Positions 15,835 to 24,448 of a DNA stretch of 26,052 nucleotides are shown here, piece after piece. Location of the stretch: positions 55,279 to 81,330 of the forward strand of contig JAOPTX010000035.1 in NCBI GenBank assembly GCA_051532055.1, in the 5' to 3' direction. The position numbers and the translations under genes are program-made. Under the pieces are notes generated by a model. That model saw only the letters and a program-made list of their open reading frames with translations, ran no database searches and had not been told where the DNA came from. This DNA is from Fibrobacterales bacterium (GTDB lineage: Bacteria > Fibrobacterota > Fibrobacteria > Fibrobacterales > JAOPTW01). The number at the start of each line of letters is the position of its first letter. Positions within the stretch are counted from its first letter, which is position 1.

Positions 15835-16344
15835 TCAAAAAAATATGTCTTTGAGGGGGGGGAGCCGATAATAGATGGTTAGGGTATGGCTTAGGTGAAA
15901 AAAAACAAAAAGCGAACTCGACACTATAAAAAGCATGGTACGCAAAGATCGAAGACCAAGGGTGGCAATACTAATGCAGCCAAGTCCACTTAACCAGAGT
16001 ATGGGTGTATAGGCGGGGGCCGAAAAACCAAAATTATGGCTACTCCAAAAGCTGTTAGGAAAGTGTATGAGGCCTATCCAAGAAATTCCATAAAGTAACG
16101 TACCTAGAATAAAGAGTATAAATCCTGCACGCGCAAGTGATGCCTTAAGAGAGAATGGGATAAAGAGTAATATACCAAAAAGGGCGATTCTTGCACTGTG
16201 TTCACCAAGAGAAATAATCCAAGGAATATCTTTCCAGAAATAGTTTTCTTGAAAGGGGGCAGGGAGAAGATCACTCCATAGGATATTTCCAATGAGAATA
16301 GGTATGACGAGATAAAAACAGTTTTTTAGGGGCGGAAAAGGCAT
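15835..16344 (-). CDS. Hypothetical integral membrane protein (about 5 TM)
   Basis: Several hydrophobic helices. The start may be 16344 (MPFPP) or 16374. Confidence 0.7.
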   Translation of the reverse strand: MPFPPLKNCFYLVIPILIGNILWSDLLPAPFQENYFWKDIPWIISLGEHSARIALFGILLFIPFSLKASLARAGFILFILGTLLYGISWIGLIHFPNSFWSSHNFGFSAPAYTPILWLSGLGCISIATLGLRSLRTMLFIVSSSLFVFFHLSHTLTIYYRLPPLKDIFF

Positions 16345-16560
16345 ATACTCTGTTCTGTCATGTAGGTCTAGCATTCAATATACCCAATTTCATGGTTTAA
16401 AACCTGTAGATCTCACAAATAATGAACGAGATAGATGAAATTAGTACTAAGTAGTACAGAACACCTCCAAAAAAGTGAAAATGATTGCTTCGAGAGGGGT
16501 AACTGAATTTGTTTGGAATAACCTATGAGGTACTTCCATTAGACATCTGGGGAGATAACG

Positions 16561-16588
16561 AGAGGGGGCATATGCCCTCTTTTGTTTT
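16561..16588 (+). terminator. Intrinsic terminator oriented on + although both flanking genes are on -
   Basis: AGAGGGGGCA-TA-TGCCCTCTTT pairs fully with G-U on +, followed by TGTTTT. No A-run precedes it, so it lacks a minus-strand U-tract. Confidence 0.5.
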
Positions 16589-16605
16589 ATATAGAATTAT
16601 AATAA

Positions 16606-18282
16606 TTATGGCACTATAAAAATATTTGAACCAGTGTTACGGGGGTTCGAAACCTCTTTTAGGTGCACGCCGTACACTCCTGATGGGAGGTGTGGAATGT
16701 CAATGGAGACTCCAGGGGTGTAATCTGCTTTGTAGAGTATGCTTCCGGTTATAGTAAAGAGCGAGAGTTGGAGGGCGCCTCTTCGTGTGGAAGAATTATT
16801 AGAATAAGGTACACTTATTAAGTATTTGTTGTGTATGGTTGAGATAGTTATGTTCTCGTGTTGTTCTTCAAATAGAGGTGTCATTGTCTCTGACGAAGAT
16901 ATTGAAGAACTTGATATTTTTGATATAGGTATGCTGCTCGATGAATGAGTGGATGATAAGAGATTAATAGCGGAGCTCGTATGCTGAAGAACATAGTGCT
17001 CAATTATAGAATCGATTTTTGCGGGAGGTGATATTAATGTATTTGGAAGGGGTTCTTCCTCTTTTGAAATGGTAGAAATAAGAATAAAAACTTGGGAGTT
17101 GAGTCCTTGGTTATGGGCAAGGGTGAGCTCGCCAGCAATTTCTTCTATGACCGGCCATTCACCGGTCTCGACACCTTTTTTGGGGTGTATTTGATAATAT
17201 TCAGTATCTTCGAACCAGATGACTCTAAAAAGTTGATTGTCATCAACTTCGTTCCATTGCTCAATTACAGTTCCATTGGCTATAGAGCCATCCCGAATGT
17301 GGAGTGACATTTTTGACGCACTATTGGTAATACTGTGAAATCCATTATTTCGATAGTCAAAGAGCCATTGCTGTGATTTAGATTGGTCACAGGGGAGGAG
17401 TTTTATGGGTGACCCTTTAAAATGTTCTAGGGGGATGGCTAGACAACTATCGGTGTTGAGGGATTTTATATGGTAGGGAATGGTTGGGATGAGTTTATTG
17501 GGAGTATAAGTGGGGGAGCCGATAGCGCTATCATGAGTGAGAGAAAGAACAGCAATGTCATTTTGGAGTATAGTGGTGTTGACTGGGTCAAAGTCAACTC
17601 GATTTCCATCCCAGGTGTGCGAAGAGGGGTCCCAGTGAGCAAACGAAGAAAAATCATCAAAAAAGGTAGGTTTTTCAGTAAAACCCGTGCCTTCAATGTT
17701 TATGGGGTGATAAGCTACCCAATCAATATAGTGATAGGCAGGGAGGTTTTGAGTTTCAAAGGGACCTACCCATTCTATACTTTCGTGTGCCCAAAGGTTG
17801 AACATCATTTTCATTGGACCGGTTAGGTGGGGAAGGGCGTTGTCACCATACCATCTGATAAAGGTACCATCGACAAACCAGAGTATGCCATTAGGGGTCC
17901 ATTCAATGGTAAAGGTGTGCCACCCTTCTGCAAAACTAAAAGGTGCGGTATGTGTTTTTTCAGCAAATTGAAGTGCGCCAACAGGGTCGTATTGCCATAT
18001 AACATTTGATTGCCAATTAAGTGCGTAGTTTTGACCGAGTACCTCAAGCCCAATTTCATTCCATTGAGAGAGGTCAGTAACGCCATCATTATTAAAAAGG
18101 AAAAATGCAGAGAGGACACCACTATTCATTGTGCAGTATATGCGAGCGCTAAATTGACCATAGGTAAATTCTTGCTTTGATTGTAGTTCTCCTCCTTTCC
18201 ACTCTTTAGCTTCAATTGGTATTGTGAGTAGTAAGAGAGAGAAAAAAAGAATACGAACAAAAATTCCCCAATTGGTGTTCAT
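16606..18282 (-). CDS. GH16 lichenase-like (Fibrobacter-type circularly permuted 1,3-1,4-beta-glucanase) + ricin-B/CBM13 + Ser-rich linker + T9SS-like CTD
   Basis: Signal peptide ending IEA-KE. GGELQSKQEFTYGQFSAR, HTFTIEWTP, FNLW..WVGPF, WDGNRVDF follow the motif order of F. succinogenes beta-glucanase as recalled. QxW repeats (SQQW, IEQW, NQLF). C-terminal IPHLPSGVYGVHLK. Confidence 0.88.
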   Translation of the reverse strand: MNTNWGIFVRILFFSLLLLTIPIEAKEWKGGELQSKQEFTYGQFSARIYCTMNSGVLSAFFLFNNDGVTDLSQWNEIGLEVLGQNYALNWQSNVIWQYDPVGALQFAEKTHTAPFSFAEGWHTFTIEWTPNGILWFVDGTFIRWYGDNALPHLTGPMKMMFNLWAHESIEWVGPFETQNLPAYHYIDWVAYHPINIEGTGFTEKPTFFDDFSSFAHWDPSSHTWDGNRVDFDPVNTTILQNDIAVLSLTHDSAIGSPTYTPNKLIPTIPYHIKSLNTDSCLAIPLEHFKGSPIKLLPCDQSKSQQWLFDYRNNGFHSITNSASKMSLHIRDGSIANGTVIEQWNEVDDNQLFRVIWFEDTEYYQIHPKKGVETGEWPVIEEIAGELTLAHNQGLNSQVFILISTISKEEEPLPNTLISPPAKIDSIIEHYVLQHTSSAINLLSSTHSSSSIPISKISSSSISSSETMTPLFEEQHENITISTIHNKYLISVPYSNNSSTRRGALQLSLFTITGSILYKADYTPGVSIDIPHLPSGVYGVHLKEVSNPRNTGSNIFIVP

Positions 18283-18410
18283 GCTGTGCCTTGTGCTGTA
18301 TCAGATTTTAATATACACTTAAAATAACAAAAAAACTCAAATATTTTGACAGGGGAAATGCTTAAGCATTTGAAATAAATTGAGTGTTGCCTACGACGAG
18401 TAGCTATGAA

Positions 18411-18488
18411 TTAATGTGTTTGTAGCCATTCGTCTATTTCGATTGCAACCTTTTCCCAATCGGGTTCGTCTATAATCCGAGAGTCCAA
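18411..18488 (-). pseudogene. Possible 3' remnant of an alpha/beta-hydrolase gene
   Basis: Translates to LDSRIIDEPDWEKVAIEIDEWLQTH*, resembling the typical alpha/beta-hydrolase C-terminal 'HxxxxEPxWExVAxxIxxWL' helix. An in-frame stop lies just upstream. Confidence 0.4.
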
Positions 18489-18640
18489 AAATCACATTTA
18501 AAAATAACGCATTCTGATACTGCTAAAATAGTATTCTGTTTTTTAATTCGGGTTTAAAATCCATCCCAGTATTTTAGAGTCAAAAGATTAGACTACACCT
18601 TTGGAAATAGTTCGATATGGGGCTGATTAAAAGTTTGACA

Positions 18641-18670
18641 TTGCTCTGCTCTTTGGATTTGTGGTATAAT
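18641..18670 (+). promoter_or_regulatory. Sigma70-type promoter for the SRPBCC gene
   Basis: Extended -10 TGGTATAAT (18662-18670), with TTGCTC 18 nt upstream of the -10. Confidence 0.55.
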
Positions 18671-18710
18671 AGAGGGGGCTTTGGGTGAATTACAGAGGGA
18701 GAATGGTGAC

Positions 18711-19166
18711 ATGAAAATAGCGGTCTCAATTGAAATTTCAAAAAGTCTAGAAGATATCTGGAAGGTTGTTACTAATATAGATGGGTCTCCTCAAGTGATT
18801 TCTGGAATCGAATCCGTTGAAATTATCGAGGGTATTTCAGCTACAATGGAAGGGCTTAAATGGAAGGAAACCCGTACGCTTTTTGGTAAAACTGCCACAG
18901 AGGTTATGTGGGTTACAGGGGTTGAGAAAAAGAGTTATTATACGGTTGAAGCAGAAAGTCATGGGAGCAAGTATTATACAGATGTTCGATTAACACCTAA
19001 TGGTTCTCAAACTATTTTGACCATGGAGTTTGAAGGGGTCCCCCAAACCCTTGGTGCAAAATGCATGTGGTTTTTTATGGGGTTTATGTTTAAAGGGGCA
19101 ACAAAAAAAGCATTGCGCCAGGATCTAGAAGACATAAAACGATTTGCCGAAAATAGCCTTGAATAA
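18711..19166 (+). CDS. SRPBCC (START-like / polyketide cyclase) family protein
   Basis: GAGGGAG RBS, then ATG 18711. Motifs VSIEISKSLEDIWKVVTNI, WKETRTLFGK, and C-terminal helix ALRQDLEDIKRFAE. Confidence 0.85.
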   Translation: MKIAVSIEISKSLEDIWKVVTNIDGSPQVISGIESVEIIEGISATMEGLKWKETRTLFGKTATEVMWVTGVEKKSYYTVEAESHGSKYYTDVRLTPNGSQTILTMEFEGVPQTLGAKCMWFFMGFMFKGATKKALRQDLEDIKRFAENSLE

Positions 19167-19301
19167 ATAACAATTATCGTAAACTACACTATTTATACAT
19201 TGTTAAAATAATTGAACCATTTGCTCGTCTCAAGACACTTATAGGGTGCAGAACAGATAAAATAGAGTTAATCTTATGATATGTTTTTCACCTAGTAGGT
19301 T

Positions 19302-22300
19302 ATGAAGTCACTCATTGAATTTTTCGCCAAGCGGCATATATTAAGCAATTTTGTTCTCTTTGCAGTGCTTATTACGGGCTATTCCTTGTGGCATTTTACG
19401 AATAAAGAGGAGATGCCCGACTTTACTTTTAATCGGGTTTCTATTTCAATACCCTATCCAGGAGCAACGGCAGAGGAGACAGAATATTTTATTGTGCATC
19501 CTATTGAAGAAGTGTTGCGTGGTCTCGATGGTATTGAAGAGATTGTGAGTACCGCTTCTACTGGTAGAGCGTTAGTAAATGTGTATCTTCAGAAAAACAT
19601 TGATGATATGAACGAGGTTGTTGCCGATATTCGTACATCGGTGCTCGATGTGAAATTACCTGATGAAGTTTTAGAAAACCCAAGCGTACGGCAGTTTAAA
19701 TCGAGCTCAAAAGCAATAATCGATATTGCGTTTTATGATGAAGGGGTGCACCTTATGACCCCTACTGATCGTAAGAGAGTGCAGGCCCTTATGCGTGCAC
19801 TTGAAAATCAGCTCCTTTCACTTCCCGAAATTGCGCGGGTTAATCGCGATACCTATCTTGAACAAGAGTTACAGGTAAAAGTAGACCCTGAGAGACTTAG
19901 AAAATATCGGATACCGCTTAATTCGTTGAATCGACAAATTAAGGCATATAATCAACGGAGGCCTGCGGGAAGTATGGCTGATGATGATGAATCAAAAGTG
20001 ACACTATCTGCTGCACTTACCGATGCTGATGCTATTAAACCACTCATTGTTCAGGGGGGCTTTCAAGGGTCTGTTGTTACGGTTGAGGATGTTGCGACTG
20101 TTGAGCAAAACTATGAAGAACATATAGGATTGCTCAAGGTGAATGGCCATGAAGCGGTAATACTGAACGCGGTTAAGAATAGCAGCACCGGAATAATCAA
20201 AGCGGTTGATGCGGTAAAAAAGGTGGTTGCAGAATTTAACGCAAACCTTACAGAGGGATCAGTAAAAGTTATTCTCTTGGATGACGAATCAATTAATGTA
20301 CGTAATCGCCTCGACCTAATATCATCTAATGGCATTATTGGTTTGATAATCATTGTTGGTCTTCTGTTTGTTTTTCTGAATCCTCAGTCCGGTTTTTGGG
20401 TTGCATTTGGGATTCCCTTCTGTTTTGCCTTTACCATGATTGGAGTCTATTTGATGGGGTATACTATCAATAATATGACTCTGGCGGCAGTTATTATTGT
20501 GATGGGCATGGTCGTTGATGATGCCATTGTGATTGCAGAAAATATTGCGCGGATGAAGTCTGAAGGTCGATCTAATGAAGAATCGGCAGTGAGGGGGGCT
20601 ACGTATGTGGCACTGCCTGTTATAGCGGCTGTTATCACTACCTGTGCGGCGTTCCTTCCTTTGTATTATATCGACGATCGATTTGGTGCCCTGATAAAAG
20701 TAATTCCACCTATAATCACTTTTATGTTATTGGCGAGTCTTATCGAATCATTACTTATTCTTCCGGGGCATTTGAGCTATAAGCCTCCACGCTCACTGCT
20801 TTGGGTGTTGAGCTTAGGTACTCTTAAGTTTTGGGAGCGAGCCGAGGCTCCTAAAAAACAACACTGGTTTCATAGAGTCGAAGAGTGGTATGGTGCACTG
20901 TTGTATTATCTCCTTAGGGGTAAAGTACTTGTTTTGGTATTGGTTAGTGTGTTATTAATTTTAGCATTCCAGCTTTTTAAAAGTGAATTCAAATTTGTGC
21001 TCTTTCCTAATGAAGAGACTACAATGATCCGTTGTTCCGTAGAGGCCCCCAAAGACTTTAAGAGAAGTCAAACCGCTGCTTTGACACAGAAAATAGATTC
21101 TATTTTGACTCCCTATGTTGGGCATGAGGTTGTTGGGTTTCGGGCTCAAATTGCCCAGAGTAGGTGGGGGCGTATTGTAAAAGAGAATAAGGGCAACTTT
21201 TATATCGAGATAACCCCGGCAGAAAAACGAGAAAAATCTGCCAAGCAGCTGATGGCGGAATGGAAAAAACAGCTCGGGGATGACAGTGGATTTAGAAAAG
21301 TACGCTTTTCAACTTCCCGCTTTGGTCAATCCTCTGGGAGTGCTCTTGAAATTATTGTGGCCGAAAATAACAACGAGATTAGGAAATGTATTGCTGATTC
21401 TATAGCGGTTGCGTTGAATACTCACCCTCTGTTACAGGATGCAGAGGTTGATCGGCCCATAGAAAACCCGGAATATGTTATTGGTCTAAAAAGAAATACT
21501 CTTTTTAGACTGGGGATAGACCCTAATGAAGTGGGGCAAACCTTGAGGTCAATTCTAGAGGGGAGCGAGCTCTTTGATTTTATTGAAGATAATGAAGAGG
21601 TGCGGGTGATTCTCAAAGCGGATGACCGGTATAAAAAAGACCTCTCTTCGGTGTTGCGAATACCTGTTGAAAATCGTGGAAATTATCTGGTACCTCTTTC
21701 CGAAGTAGTAACGGTACAAAAGGGAGCGACTCAGTCTACTATTCAACGGGAAAATTTTAAAAGAATTACCCGAGTGGTAGCGGATATACAGGGAGACTCA
21801 GTAACACCTCTTGAAATCGCGCGGGAGATAGAGTCGTCACTCTTCTCTGCTATTAAAAAGAAATTCCCAACCGCAACACTCCTGTTTGACGGTGAGGTGA
21901 AGGACTCTCGTGAGTCTCGTGGTACTTTTACCGTTGCGCTCTGGGCGGTACTTGGCCTGATTTATGCTATTCTCTCGCTCCTCTTTAACTCAATGATTAA
22001 GCCGCTTTTAATCATGTTCTCTATCCCTTTTGCAGTAGTAGGAGTGATCTATGCGTTTCATTGGCATGGCATGAATCAATATGGTTTTTTTGCAATGGTC
22101 GGGATACTTGGGCTGATGGGGGTTGTTATTAATGACTCTATTGTAATGCTCACAAAATTGACTACGGAAACTAAACATGGTGTTAAAAATAGTATCGATC
22201 GACATGTGGCAAAAGTTGCTCAAACAAGATTAAGAGCAGTGCTGTTAACAACGTTCACTACAGTAGCGGGACTTTTTCCTACAGCGTATGGCGTGGCGGG

Positions 22301-22475
22301 TTATGATGCAATGCTTGCTGAGATGATGCTTGCTATGGGGTGGGGGCTTCTCTTTGGTTCGCTGATTACTTTGGTACTTGTACCGGTACTGTATTCTCTT
22401 GGACTACAGATTGACTCTTTTTATGGACGATTGGCTCGAAGGACTACTCTAAATAATGGAGGTCATCATGAATAA
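19302..22475 (+). CDS. RND efflux transporter permease (AcrB/AcrD/AcrF family)
   Basis: 1057 aa with two large periplasmic loops. YPGATAEETE, TM4 GMVVDDAIVIAENI, TM10 GVVINDSIV, RLRAVLLTT, TLVLVPVLY. Confidence 0.93.
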   Translation: MKSLIEFFAKRHILSNFVLFAVLITGYSLWHFTNKEEMPDFTFNRVSISIPYPGATAEETEYFIVHPIEEVLRGLDGIEEIVSTASTGRALVNVYLQKNIDDMNEVVADIRTSVLDVKLPDEVLENPSVRQFKSSSKAIIDIAFYDEGVHLMTPTDRKRVQALMRALENQLLSLPEIARVNRDTYLEQELQVKVDPERLRKYRIPLNSLNRQIKAYNQRRPAGSMADDDESKVTLSAALTDADAIKPLIVQGGFQGSVVTVEDVATVEQNYEEHIGLLKVNGHEAVILNAVKNSSTGIIKAVDAVKKVVAEFNANLTEGSVKVILLDDESINVRNRLDLISSNGIIGLIIIVGLLFVFLNPQSGFWVAFGIPFCFAFTMIGVYLMGYTINNMTLAAVIIVMGMVVDDAIVIAENIARMKSEGRSNEESAVRGATYVALPVIAAVITTCAAFLPLYYIDDRFGALIKVIPPIITFMLLASLIESLLILPGHLSYKPPRSLLWVLSLGTLKFWERAEAPKKQHWFHRVEEWYGALLYYLLRGKVLVLVLVSVLLILAFQLFKSEFKFVLFPNEETTMIRCSVEAPKDFKRSQTAALTQKIDSILTPYVGHEVVGFRAQIAQSRWGRIVKENKGNFYIEITPAEKREKSAKQLMAEWKKQLGDDSGFRKVRFSTSRFGQSSGSALEIIVAENNNEIRKCIADSIAVALNTHPLLQDAEVDRPIENPEYVIGLKRNTLFRLGIDPNEVGQTLRSILEGSELFDFIEDNEEVRVILKADDRYKKDLSSVLRIPVENRGNYLVPLSEVVTVQKGATQSTIQRENFKRITRVVADIQGDSVTPLEIAREIESSLFSAIKKKFPTATLLFDGEVKDSRESRGTFTVALWAVLGLIYAILSLLFNSMIKPLLIMFSIPFAVVGVIYAFHWHGMNQYGFFAMVGILGLMGVVINDSIVMLTKLTTETKHGVKNSIDRHVAKVAQTRLRAVLLTTFTTVAGLFPTAYGVAGYDAMLAEMMLAMGWGLLFGSLITLVLVPVLYSLGLQIDSFYGRLARRTTLNNGGHHE

Positions 22476-23832
22476 GCAAGTACTGATTTTCACTCTATTG
22501 GTGGCTGCTCTGTTTGCTGCCGAAAAGCCAAAGGAAGAGTGGCATACATTATCACTTAAGGATTTTGTAACAGATGCATGCCGTAATGACCTTGAATTTC
22601 AAAATATTTTGATGGATACTTTGCAATTAAAATACCGTCAGCTATTAGCGAGAACACCTGCCGAACTCTTACTTGAAGTGACTGGTGAATATGGCATATC
22701 ATTAAGTGGTGAGCAGCGCCCTGAAGGTGTGGTGTCCCTACAGCAGCTTTTTCCAAGTCAAGGAAGTGCTCTCACTGGAACGGTAAGAACGTCACGCTCA
22801 CCCTCAACCAATGTTCAAAACTCTCAACTAGAAGTACGGTATAGTATCGACCTTTGGAGGAATGCATTTGGAAAAGCAGAACTTACGAAAGGGGCTCTTG
22901 CGGGAGTGGAAAATAATATTATTCGAAACCAGGTAATTGAGGCTTACGAGAAGTATCTCGCGGAGCTCTATATCCTATATTATTCATGGCTGCAGGCGTA
23001 CAATGAATTGCAATTTGCTCAAATCCAAAAGAGTGAAGCCGAAACGTTGCTGAGAAATATAAAAAAAAGAAAGAGGCGTTTTATAGCACGACAAGTAGAT
23101 GTTGATAAGGCGACTCTACAAGTACTCAATGCTGATAGAGAAATAGGTGAAAAAGAGGGGATATATATTGATGCAGGTATTCGAGTCGCATTTGTGATAG
23201 GGACCGATAGAAGGTCTTATAACTATGTTCCAAATGGAGCCGAATTAGAATTATCATTTAAAAGAAGTATTCCTGTAGTAGAAAATAGTTTTGCTGAGAG
23301 TCGTACAGGTTTGTTGTACGAAAAAATGCTATCAAAAGACTCGTTGTCTCAAAAGCTTTTAGATGATGCGCTTCTCCCATCTCTTTCACTCTATGGAGGA
23401 ATTGATCTTACAGATATTCGAGCCAAAGATAACTCCAAGGTAGTTGCGGGAGTAACATTAAGCTTTCCAGTCCATAACAGAAATATTCATCTTGAGAAAG
23501 AGTTGGTTGATGTTGAGCGGCAAAAAATAGTACTCAGATCACGTTCATCCAAGTTGATGGTTGAGACTAAAATGTACCAAATGAGTGAACAGATTATTCA
23601 TAAGAAAAAGATGATTGCAGATGCCGAAAAACGGCTTGAGCTTTCTAAGAAAATTCTAAAGGCTGAATCAGTTGAATATCAGTATGGCCGAACCACGCTC
23701 AATAATATTTTACAGGCTCAAAATAGTGTGCACAGTAATAGGCGTGGTATTGTACAAAAGCAGATTGAGGTTGCGAAGCTCTGGGTTGCTTTAAAAGAGT
23801 TAGCTGATACATTAGTATTAAAAAACAAATAA
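22468..23832 (+). CDS. TolC-family outer-membrane efflux protein
   Basis: GGAGG RBS before ATG 22468, overlapping the RND stop. Signal peptide; OMF-like LLPSLSL, GVTLSFPV, EYQYGRTTLNNILQAQ. Confidence 0.82.
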   Translation: MNKQVLIFTLLVAALFAAEKPKEEWHTLSLKDFVTDACRNDLEFQNILMDTLQLKYRQLLARTPAELLLEVTGEYGISLSGEQRPEGVVSLQQLFPSQGSALTGTVRTSRSPSTNVQNSQLEVRYSIDLWRNAFGKAELTKGALAGVENNIIRNQVIEAYEKYLAELYILYYSWLQAYNELQFAQIQKSEAETLLRNIKKRKRRFIARQVDVDKATLQVLNADREIGEKEGIYIDAGIRVAFVIGTDRRSYNYVPNGAELELSFKRSIPVVENSFAESRTGLLYEKMLSKDSLSQKLLDDALLPSLSLYGGIDLTDIRAKDNSKVVAGVTLSFPVHNRNIHLEKELVDVERQKIVLRSRSSKLMVETKMYQMSEQIIHKKKMIADAEKRLELSKKILKAESVEYQYGRTTLNNILQAQNSVHSNRRGIVQKQIEVAKLWVALKELADTLVLKNK

Positions 23833-23841
23833 AACCCTTGG

Positions 23842-23865
23842 ATATATGTTCCATGGAATATATAT
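23842..23865. promoter_or_regulatory. MarR-type operator palindrome ATATATGTTCCATGGAATATATAT within the regulator's promoter
   Basis: 24-bp palindrome with one mismatch, filling the spacer of TTGGAT(23838)-N17-TATATT(23861-23866). Confidence 0.75.
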
Positions 23866-23872
23866 TTAGAAT

Positions 23873-24331
23873 ATGAAAAAACTTGAAGATATCATACACC
23901 ATGAGTTTACGGATAAAAAGAGGCGTGCGTTAGTTAATCTCTTTTTTACGTCAAATTTTATACAAGGCAAAGTTGCAGAAGCGCTTCGTCCCCTTGATAT
24001 GACCTTTGAGCAGTTTAATGTTTTGTCAATTGTTAATGGACAGGAAAAAGGGCGCTGTACCGTAGGTACCATTAAAGAGCGGATGTTTGATAGAATGTCG
24101 AATGTGTCTCGTCTTTTAAACAAACTTGTAGCTAAAGGCTGGATAGAAAAAAAACGGTGTACTAATGATCAGCGAGTGGTGTATGTACAGATAACAGACT
24201 CTGGAATAAATATGAGAGTTGAAGGGTGCACCATTATTGATATGGTGAATAAAAAGTGTGAGACGTTAACGATAGAAGAGTCTAATCAGCTTAATGCTTT
24301 AATAGAAAAATTGAGGAAAAACTATTTTTAG
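23873..24331 (+). CDS. MarR-family transcriptional regulator
   Basis: MTFEQFNVLSIV, SNVSRLLNKLVAKGWI, DQRVVYVQITDSG winged-helix motifs. Confidence 0.92.
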   Translation: MKKLEDIIHHEFTDKKRRALVNLFFTSNFIQGKVAEALRPLDMTFEQFNVLSIVNGQEKGRCTVGTIKERMFDRMSNVSRLLNKLVAKGWIEKKRCTNDQRVVYVQITDSGINMRVEGCTIIDMVNKKCETLTIEESNQLNALIEKLRKNYF

Positions 24332-24345
24332 TTTTTTTTAAATAA

Positions 24346-24359
24346 ATATATTCCATGGA
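24346..24359. promoter_or_regulatory. Second MarR-type operator upstream of the SDR gene
   Basis: ATATATTCCATGGA is the exact reverse complement of 23850-23863. Confidence 0.7.
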
Positions 24360-24448
24360 TACTAAGTACAGGGAATAGAGTGTTTTGGATGCTTAAAAGG
24401 TGTCTATGAATTTTAAATACTAATAACAACTAATATAAAGGAGTCGAT

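Noticed and set aside
18635..18670. Perfect TTGACA paired with TATAAT
   Set aside because: The 24-nt spacing is too long; TTGCTC with the extended -10 fits better.
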